In this document: positions 55,027-64,000 of the stretch, in pieces
Numbering within the stretch: the first letter of the stretch is position 1
Layout of the letters: the number at the start of each line of letters is the position of its first letter
Assembly: GCA_964016885.1 (NCBI GenBank)
Contig: OZ024745.1
Coordinates: 25,854,001-25,918,000 of the forward strand
Direction: 5' to 3'
Length of the DNA: 64,000 nucleotides
Origin: Eledone cirrhosa
Taxonomy: Eukaryota
Translations under genes and position numbers: made by a program
Notes under the pieces: model-generated
Databases searched by the model: none
What the model was told of the DNA's origin: nothing
The model's input: only the letters and a program-made list of their open reading frames with translations

Positions 55027-55681
55027 TTATTGGCATGTGTATATATATATGTATACAAATATACAGGCTATTACACACGCACACACACATATATATATAT
55101 TAGACAATGAAAAAACAACGGAAAGACGAACAGTCCCATCTTCTCAGTCAATCTCTGAAAATCACTACGGTTTCGGTATATTAAGTTCTATACCACTAGA
55201 AGATAACAAAACAGGTGGAGACAAGTTATGCCTTTAGGCAAATTACACAAGTATAGAGTGCACAAGAGCTCATCCAAATGAGAAAAAATATATAGAAAGT
55301 AGAGAAATAATAAGGACTGTAGTCCATCGTGCCGACAAAGAAGGACACCGAGGCGTAATATATATATATATGTATATATATGTATATGTATATATATAAT
55401 TTTATTGTATTAAGTATCACATCGAAGCTAAAGCTGCAATAAGTCAATACTAGTTGAATTATTTGAGGTAGTCCCTAGACACTCAATGATGCGAGAAATG
55501 AACAAATTCCCCTATACGAGTGAAAACATTAATATATATATATATATACACAGAGATATCCACGGTAAGTTGTGGGGTCCAGTCTTCATGAAGAACTCGA
55601 TGTAATCCATATGTTGAAAATGTTGTAGGTTAAAATAAATCCCGGAAAACAATAAAACATTAAAAGGAAAACAGAGTCATG

Positions 55682-56022
55682 ATATAAGTTACAACAATGG
55701 AATAAAAAATCAAGTCATTAGAAATATACTTCACTGCTTTACGATCGTTTCTAGGTGATGATAATACATTGTAACTATACTTCGTTATCGATCTATGTAA
55801 AGTTAGTTACAAAATATCAGATAAAGAGAATATTTACTTACATGCATATCATCAGCTGATGATATGCATGTAAGTAAATATTCTCTTTATCTGATATTTT
55901 GTAATTAACCTTATATAGATCGATAACGAAGTATAGTTACAATGTATTATCATCACCTAGAAACGATCGTAAAGCAGTGAAGTATATTTCTAATGACTTG
56001 ATGTTTTATTTCATTGTTTTAA

Positions 56023-56029
<7 letters not shown>
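55682..56029. repeat. Spacerless palindrome, 174-bp arms, axis at TCATCAG|CTGATGA
   Basis: Arms 55682-55855 and 55856-56029, about 6 mismatches; contains CTGATGA (55856) and GAAAC-GATC-GTA (55960-55971). Confidence 0.95.
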
Positions 56030-56106
<77 letters not shown>

Positions 56107-56125
56107 CATATATATATATATATAT

Positions 56126-56241
<116 letters not shown>

Positions 56242-56638
56242 TAAAATAACAGATTAAAGTTTAAGCAAAGAATCGCTGCTTTTACCCTTAACGGGATCTT
56301 CTGAAACTAACAAAGTCAATCTGTAAACGCAGAACTGGATATTTCAAAAAACGTTGCAACCGGAGGAAGACAGGAAGACGATACTTTGGTTCGTGGTAAC
56401 GTTCGCTGGCAAAAAACGGGAAAAAACGAATAATACGTCATTAATAGGAGCGGTGAAAAACAATTACGCGCAAAGACAGAACCACGTTTATGGTATAAAA
56501 GAGGTCGTAGACTAATGTTCTCTTAGGTGGTGCATAGAGACGTTCTCTGGCAATGAACGAAAAAACGAAGATAATAAGTCATATGTGGAGCGTGGAGAAC
56601 AATAGCACGCAAAGACAAAACCACGTAAATACTATAGC

Positions 56639-57643
56639 TTCAACCTCTCTATACAGGTTGAGGCCAATCTCTCGGTCGTTAATTACCTCGACGTTACCCT
56701 CAATTTATTGAATGGGTTGTATTACCCGTATAGAAAGCCGAATGATACGCTTAATTACATAAGTAAGCATTCCAACCATCCTGCCAGCATAACCAAGAAC
56801 CTGGTAAGAAACGTTTCGTTGAGGCTTTCCCGTCTTTCCACCAACGAGCGCATTTTCAACGACCATTCCACTTATTACAATGAAGCTCTTGCTCGAAGTG
56901 GATTTGTCGATAAGGTAGCATATACAGAGTACGAAAATAGACCTAGAAGAAATAGATCCCGTCGCATTTGTTGGTTTAACCCACCATATAATATGGAGGT
57001 GGCCACACCATTAGCTAAGATCTTTCTTTCCCTTATTACGAAGCATTTTCCCCCTACACATAAATATAGTAACATTTTTAATAGAAATACTATTAAAATT
57101 TCCTACTCTACGACTCCTAACCTTGCACATAACATCACAGCTTCAAATTTAGCTAAACTACCTAGCCGTAGGAACACGTGCAACCCTGTAGTTAGTACTA
57201 ACTGTAATTGTAGGAATCGGGCTGATTGCCCCCTATCCGGGAAATGCCTCTCTAGTAACATTGTCTACAAATGTAAGGTTGTAACACCCACGTCCCATAG
57301 GGCCTACATAGAGTTAACCGCCAATAGTTTCAAGCAGCGTCTTTACATGCATACCCATTCTTTTCGCTACCCTCTAAGAAGGAATATGACGTCACTTTCA
57401 GCTTATATCTGGAGTCTAAAAGATAACCACACCCAATATAAGTTACGCTGGGAGATCCTAGCTAGGGCTAGATCGTATAACGGAAATAAAAGACCATGTG
57501 ACCTCTGCGCCGCTGAGGCCCTGGAAATACTCTACGCCACAGACCACATCTTAAACAAAAAATCTGAGGCAATTTCGGCTTGTAAACATAAATTGCACAA
57601 AACTTTCCTGTATTACAGCCCCACGTTATACCCTAACGGATAG
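56639..57643 (+). CDS. Penelope-like polyprotein C-terminal part: RT motif 7 and thumb, Cys-rich linker, GIY-YIG endonuclease (5'-truncated)
   Basis: Open from the repeat junction: VVNYLDVTLNL..PYRKPN..YISKHSNHP..WFNPPY..CNCRNRADCPLSGKCL..IVYKC..AYIELTANSFKQRLYMH..CDLCAAE. The YIG motif reads YIE. Confidence 0.88.
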   Translation, partial: FNLSIQVEANLSVVNYLDVTLNLLNGLYYPYRKPNDTLNYISKHSNHPASITKNLVRNVSLRLSRLSTNERIFNDHSTYYNEALARSGFVDKVAYTEYENRPRRNRSRRICWFNPPYNMEVATPLAKIFLSLITKHFPPTHKYSNIFNRNTIKISYSTTPNLAHNITASNLAKLPSRRNTCNPVVSTNCNCRNRADCPLSGKCLSSNIVYKCKVVTPTSHRAYIELTANSFKQRLYMHTHSFRYPLRRNMTSLSAYIWSLKDNHTQYKLRWEILARARSYNGNKRPCDLCAAEALEILYATDHILNKKSEAISACKHKLHKTFLYYSPTLYPNG

Positions 57644-58554
57644 CACGACCTATACGTGGATATTTTACGTCTTGATGTGGGAGCTAAGTATATGTTTTGT
57701 TTATTCCTTTACTTATTTGCATAGGTAAGTATATATTACCCGTATGTTTTGTGAAGGTATGTATACTTTCTCGTACGTATATTTGACTGTTATGGCGTAT
57801 AATTTTTACATAGTCTGGTATTTAGGGTTTGGCTATGTGTATACAGGAGTTTTGCGTCTGCGTGAGTATGCAGGTTCGTACGTATGGTGGGTGTGTGTAT
57901 AAGTGTACTTCTTGTTTTAGTTGACTTACGTCTCCGAACATTCGTGTATTTATATGTAGGTATGCGTGTGCGCTTGTTATATACGTATTTATTTACTTAT
58001 ATACGTTTATATAATTATTTATTTATTTGTACACAAGCATACACACACACACACATATTTATATGTGCGTGGTTTTGTATACCTATGGTAAGGTTTTGCG
58101 TATGCTTGTGTATGTACGTATCTGTTTGCACGTATGTATTTATTTGTTTCTATTACTTCTGTATTGTATTTATTTACTTTGTTCTTAACTCTGTAGCGGA
58201 GATTAATTTTAGTCTACGACTTCTGCTATAGTATTTACGTGGTTTTGTCTTTGCGTGCTATTGTTCTCCACGCTCCACATATGACTTATTATCTTCGTTT
58301 TTTCGTTCATTGCCAGAGAACGTCTCTATGCACCACCTAAGAGAACATTAGTCTACGACCTCTTTTATACCATAAACGTGGTTCTGTCTTTGCGCGTAAT
58401 TGTTTTTCACCGCTCCTATTAATGACGTATTATTCGTTTTTTCCCGTTCTTTGCCAGCGAACGTTTCCACGAACCAAAGTATCGTCTTCCTGTCTTCCTC
58501 CGGTTGCAACGTTTTTTGAAATATCCAGTTCTGCGTTTACAGATTGACTTTGTT

Positions 58555-58605
58555 AGTTTCAGAAGATCCCGTTAAGGGTGAAAGCAGCGATTCTTTGCTT
58601 AAACT
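58555..58605 (+). ncRNA. Hammerhead-fold RNA with non-canonical CAGAAGA core in the Penelope pLTR
   Basis: AGTTT-CAGAAGA-T-CCC gttaa GGG-T-GAAA-GCA gcgattctt TGC-TT-AAACT; three stems close around the core. Confidence 0.65.
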
Positions 58606-58711
58606 TTAATCTGTTATTTTAATAAATATTTGCTCTACGGTTCTTATATATTTGATATATATTTTCCTTATCGAGCCCTCTTTGGATTTTAGTCTTCAAT
58701 TTTATTATTAT

Positions 58712-58788
<77 letters not shown>

Positions 58789-58815
58789 TTAAAACAATGA
58801 AATAAATATATATAT

Positions 58816-58890
<75 letters not shown>

Positions 58891-59309
58891 AATATATATA
58901 TATATATATATACAAATATATATATATACAAAGGGTGCAACATTTTCGCACTAATAAAATAACACTTGGCATAATATCTTAAATATTTTTGTAAATATGA
59001 TAAATGTTCAGAAAATCGTGATTAGTGTGGTGCGTAACTTTTGCGCCACCTTACAATGTAAGCATACAAAAAGCGGATCACCCATCTATGGCATACTAGA
59101 GCATATTACACATCACCAAAGTCCTTCAACACTAGGGTAAGTGCTTTCTCTCTGCTTGTAAATTACAGTGTAAAAATCATCGAGAACCTTTCTGTTTGTG
59201 GTACGCTTACAGCTAAGACACATTGGGTCTTATGAAAATATGACAGATATACAAAGGGTATATATAGGTGCAGAAAGAGTTAAGGACGGAAGTTTTGCGG
59301 GTTAATATT

Positions 59310-59753
59310 TATTCCTAATTTAGGCACAAGGCTAGTAATTTTAGGAATGGAGAGAAGTCGATTAAACCGACTTCAGCTTTTGTCTAGTAATTTCTGGGAT
59401 AATAATAATGGTTTCTGATTTAGGCACAAGGCCAATAATTTCGTCCGCAGTGTATTACTGATATTTTATTTTATTGACCCCGTAAAGATGAAAGGCAAAG
59501 CTAGCTTCGGCCGGATTCGAACCCAGAACGTGTAGGACCAATCCACCGCCCTGATATTAATAATTGTTTCTACCTTTGGCACAAGGCCAGCAATTGTCTC
59601 AGTGTATTGCTGGTACTTTATTTTATCGACCCCGTAAGGACGAAAAGCAAAGTTAGCCTCGGCAGGATTTGAACTCAGATCGTAAAGGCCCGTAACTCCA
59701 TGCTTGCAAAGCATGGCGTCCGACCCTCTAACGATACTGCCAATCCACCGCCC
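59310..59753 (-). mobile_element. Cluster of three SINE family A copies
   Basis: Repeated TTAGGCACAAGGC tails at about 59320, 59420 and 59576; full copy at 59563-59753. Confidence 0.85.
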
Positions 59754-60311
59754 TGATAATAATAATAATTACTTGTTATCACGAGAATGAAGTTATGAAC
59801 AGCAATAAGCCAACGAGGGAGCATGTTCTTGATCACTGCATCTGTTAGAAATAGCAGTCTGCTGTCTTTAGGAAAGAAAAGAACACAGATTAGATAAAGT
59901 TGTCCTAGATACCTTCCCCACCCCCAGGACCGTTTGGGTCTAAATAAAAATGAAAACTGTTCGGAGCAAGGCATGATAACCATCATGTCAAAGGAAACGT
60001 CTCAGTGTGGTACCACTACTTCTGTTGCATGTTGGAACAGGTAATTGACGGATTTTGTTGGCAAACTAATGAATACATTCTAAGAGAGAAAAAAATTAAA
60101 TTAGTTAGAAATTTCTACCACAGCTCAGATATCTTCGCTCTGTAATCTTCTGCTAACCTGTAACCGGTAATGGGGTAGTAAGGTCACCGTAGTGACGTTC
60201 AGCATATTAAGCAAGGCGGAGCCTGTACCCTCTCCAGATATGAGCATAGAAAATGATATATATATATGTATAAATAAATAAATAAATAAATAAATATATA
60301 TATATATATAT

Positions 60312-60315
<4 letters not shown>

Positions 60316-60375
<60 letters not shown>

Positions 60376-60384
60376 ACACACACA

Positions 60385-60465
<81 letters not shown>
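60316..60465. repeat. (CA)n-(TA)n microsatellite
   Basis: Direct reading. Confidence 0.95.
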
Positions 60466-60468
<3 letters not shown>

Positions 60469-60561
60469 TTTGTAATATACTTGTGTAAAGTATTTGGGCT
60501 CTGTAATATATTTGTAATTTTACATTCTCATATTTGTAATTGGATAATATTTAATATTACC

Positions 60562-60609
<48 letters not shown>

Positions 60610-60696
60610 ATGAAGTTTCTGTTGAAAAATTGAAAAAGTCATAGGAGTGAAGAGTGCTCTATGTAAGTTACAGAGCTAAATACAGACTATGTTTTA

Positions 60697-60773
60697 AATT
60701 GCCTTGTCTGACGAACGAATGAGGACGTTTCTTGCATTCGTCTTATTCGGGAAACTCTGGTAATGAGGTAATT
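60697..60773 (+). ncRNA. Type I hammerhead-like motif in an insert of about 195 bp between TA tracts
   Basis: AATTGCCTTGT-CTGACGA-aCGAATGAGGACG..CGTCTTATTCGg-GAAAC-TCTG-GTA-ATGAGGTAATT; 11-bp stem I including G.U pairs, long stem II. Confidence 0.7.
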
Positions 60774-60817
60774 ATATTGTATTGTTTATTATACATTAAA
60801 TTATATATATATATATG

Positions 60818-60868
<51 letters not shown>

Positions 60869-61789
60869 AGAGAGAGGGGCGGGGGGAGGGAAGAATCAAC
60901 CCCAGTACTCAATTGTTACTTTTTTTATTGACCTCGGAAAAATAAAAGGTAAAGTTGACATCATCTCGATTTGTTCTCATAGAGTACAGTGAGATGGAAC
61001 GTACAACCGAAAGCATTATATCCGATGTGTCTATTCATCGTCCATGTGTAATACAGCGTGTTGAGAAACTTAGATTAATTGAGATCATTCGTGCAATAAG
61101 TAAGCAAAAAAACACATTCTTGAATTATTAAAAAATATTAAAAAAGAAAACAAGCAAATGGAGATAATTTATTTGAACTTATATTTATTGAATCCTGAAC
61201 ACCTGATTGAGTTGTAGAGGCGTCGTCTTGACATTTTAAACCTGGCAGAAACCATCTCCAGGTATGACCACAGCTGATTTCTTCTGAAGAGAGAGAGAGA
61301 GGGAGAGAGAGAATCAACCCCAGTACTGGACTGGTACATTCTTTTATCGACCTTGAGATGATGAAAGACAAAATTGACCACGTCCAGAATTGAACTTAGA
61401 ACTCAGATAGCTGGCACGAATAACGTAAAGTATAGTATGCAAAATAGTAATGGCATCTGCCAATTCGCCAACTGGTGCTAGAATAGAGACTGGATGTTTA
61501 CTGCTTTCATTGCCTTTGATTGTATGCCTGCTCAACCAAGGCCAACCCTGGGTTAAATAAAAACAAGAGAAATCCAATGCATATTCTGTAATATTACTGT
61601 ATTTAATTAACAGTTATCAGTTATCAGATTAAATGTTTGTATATCATGACCTCAACAAATCTTTCATGAAAACCGCTTGGTGGAATATATCTGCTATCTG
61701 CTTTGCGTGTATTTGAGTTTGTGTGCGTGTGTACAATATCCATTAACATAACTACACAATATATACAAACATAGAAATATTCATATATG

Positions 61790-64000
61790 CATGATGGCTG
61801 CAAACTCTGCTAAGAGTATTGCAATCTCTTGTCAGATTCAGAGGTGTGACGCTCGGATATGGCTTTTCAAGCCTGCTAGAGACTTGCACACTGACAACAA
61901 CCATGTATTTCCCTGGCCCGAGGTCTTGCATCAGGTTGCCTGTGAACCCTCACAATATCGTGGAGATCATAGTTCACTGGTTCTCTTTGAACATGGCTGT
62001 GACTGTGGCTCCTGAGACCAGATTTGCTCAAGCAAAATTTTTCACACTCAGGGCACTTCAGTTCAATGGAGACACCGATCGTTTCGAGCGATACACCAAG
62101 GCATTGCTTGCGCACATCCCGTTTGATCTTCTCGTGCTCTATGCGTCCGTCCTCAAAATTATGGACCCCATCATTCACCATTCCACGCCAAGATTCTCTT
62201 TTAAGAGCTTCTATCTTCCAGTCAGCCATCATCAAACCAGTTTTTTCAATGAATCCTTTACACAATCCTTGAATCGGAGCCTTGGCTTGTGAGGTGGTCT
62301 CTTACTCTCACAAAGCTTGCCATACAAGAGTTGTTTTGGGATTCGATCATCTTTCATTCTGCAGAGGTGTCCGGTCCATCGAAAACGCTGTTGGTTGATG
62401 TTACTCTCAATGCTCCGACACTCACTTCTCATACATATGCCATTTAATACCGAGCATTTTTCTGAGACACTGCTGGTGAAACCGTTCCAGTCTATGGATA
62501 TGCCGTTTGTAGGCAACCCATGTCTCATACGCATACAGCAAAGCTGACAGTACACATGCAGCATACACTCTCACCGAAGACGGTCGCTGAGCCTTCCAAA
62601 TTACTCACTTGTCTTACTAACACGTAGACCAACTTCTGCATCCAGAGAGCAGGTCACACAAATGTGTCAGCAGCCTTCAGCCTTTGACGGGAGGGTTTTG
62701 ACGGGAGGGTTTTGACGGGAGGGTTTTGACGGGAGGGTTTTAACCGGAGGATTTTGACCGCATATGGAGGGTTCATTGAAAACTTTATCCGGAGCAGGTT
62801 GGTACATGATGACAGTCTTCTTCAGACTGATTGTCAGTACCAAAGCACTACACGCATTGGAAAAATAATTCATAAGATGTTGCATGTCACTCTGGGAGTG
62901 TGCAAAGAGATCACAATCATCTGCATATAGAAATTCTCTGATCAAGGCACTCAGTAACTTAGTGTTGGCAGTGAGACACCCGAGGTTAAACAGCTTGCTG
63001 GAAGTGCGATATCCGAGATAGATACTGTGTTGACAATCCCTGGAGGCCATGGAGAACACCATTGCGAAACAAAGTCGGTGCATATCACCTTGCTTGACAC
63101 CATTTTCAACCGAGATTGGCTCAGACAGTTTACCTCCAATATTTACCCATGCCTGCATGTCATCGTGGAAGAGTTTCAGTATGTTCACAAACTTTTCAGG
63201 ACAGTCTCTCCAAAATAACCCACAAAACATTCTGATTAAGGGTGTCAAATGCCTCGGTCAGATCGACAAAAACTTGGTATAAGTCCAAGCGCTGCTCAAT
63301 GCATTTCTCTTGAAGTTGTTTGGCCGAGAAGATCATGTCAACAGTGCCTCTGCCATTTCTAAAGCCACATTGGGACTCAGGAAGTACCTCAACAGCAATG
63401 TGCTGTATCAATCTGTCCAACAAAATCCTGCACAATATCTTCTCAGCCATAGATAGCAGTGAAATACCCCTGTAGTTGCCACAGTCATCTTTGGTACCCT
63501 TTCCTTTGTAAAGTCCCACCATCAATGCATCTTTCCAGTTCTGTGGTACATCTTCTTCATTCCAAACATTTACAAAGAGATCAGTGAGGTGGTTTAATAA
63601 GTTATCACCAGCACACTGGAAGATCTCGGCACTCAGTCCATCATTTCCAGGTGACTTGCCACTGTTTAATTTGGCAATGGCCTTCGCCACCTCATCAGCC
63701 ATTGCCAGCTTTGTAGGACTGGATGGAATCGACCGGATGAACTCATCATCGATTTCTGATAGTTTGTTTAGGAGCTCATCAAAGTGGTCATGCCACCTGA
63801 TCATGATTTCCTTCAGATCTCTGAGCAATTCCTTGCCGTCCGTGGAGCGAAGTGGTGATATTTGTGGACCGGTCGGACCATACACCTCCCTGAGCAGATT
63901 GTATAAGAGCTTTGTATCATGTCTATCAGAGGCTTTCTAGATTTCATCAGCCTTTTTTCTCCACCAGGTATCCTGCATGACTCTCAATCGATGCTGCACA
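61790..64000 (-). pseudogene. RTE-clade LINE (RT domain to 3' end), frameshifted; continues beyond the window
   Basis: GKSPGNDG, DCGNYRGISLLS, LPESQCGFRNGRGTVDMIF, FVDLTEAFD, GVKQG, FLYADD, FRWTGHLCRMKDDRIPKQLLYG, terminal C2H2 finger. Confidence 0.95.
62683..62760. repeat. 14-bp G-rich tandem repeat (TTTTGACGGGAGGG, about 5.5 copies) interrupting the RTE RT
   Basis: GACGGG at 62686, 62700, 62714 and 62728, plus two degenerate units. Confidence 0.9.

Larger units (their letters stand above)
56243..58700 (+). mobile_element. 5'-truncated Penelope-like element with inverted 5' pLTR, inserted in (TA)n
   Basis: Inverted repeats 56243-56638 and 58225-58620 (396 bp, about 3 mismatches) enclose an RT-end/GIY-YIG ORF; (TA)n on both sides. 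Confidence 0.9.

Overview
AT-rich, microsatellite-laden animal genomic DNA, dense with tRNA-derived SINEs; the repeat landscape suggests a cephalopod, probably Octopus (inference). No conventional host gene is convincingly visible, and most ORF-track calls are artefacts of (TA)n, (CA)n and trinucleotide repeats. Recognisable elements are a 5'-truncated Penelope-like element (RT end plus GIY-YIG) bounded by 396-bp inverted repeats, decayed RTE, CR1/L2 and CRE-like LINE pieces, mariner/piggyBac-type MITEs and a 44-bp satellite. Three things stand out. (1) About a dozen intact or decayed hammerhead-ribozyme motifs from several unrelated short elements, mostly in or beside (TA)n tracts and often in fold-back palindromes; several inversion junctions fall at the ribozyme core, and a recurring CAGAAGA core variant is present. 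(2) A short hammerhead-bearing element whose terminal branched hairpin occurs in both flip and flop loop orientations. (3) A 4.1-kb array of 48-bp units that reads on the minus strand as about 85 copies of a 13-aa peptide followed by G-K-R, the layout of an amidated neuropeptide precursor, though interrupted by one stop and terminal frameshifts. All coordinates and structures were read by eye; no searches or folding programs were run.
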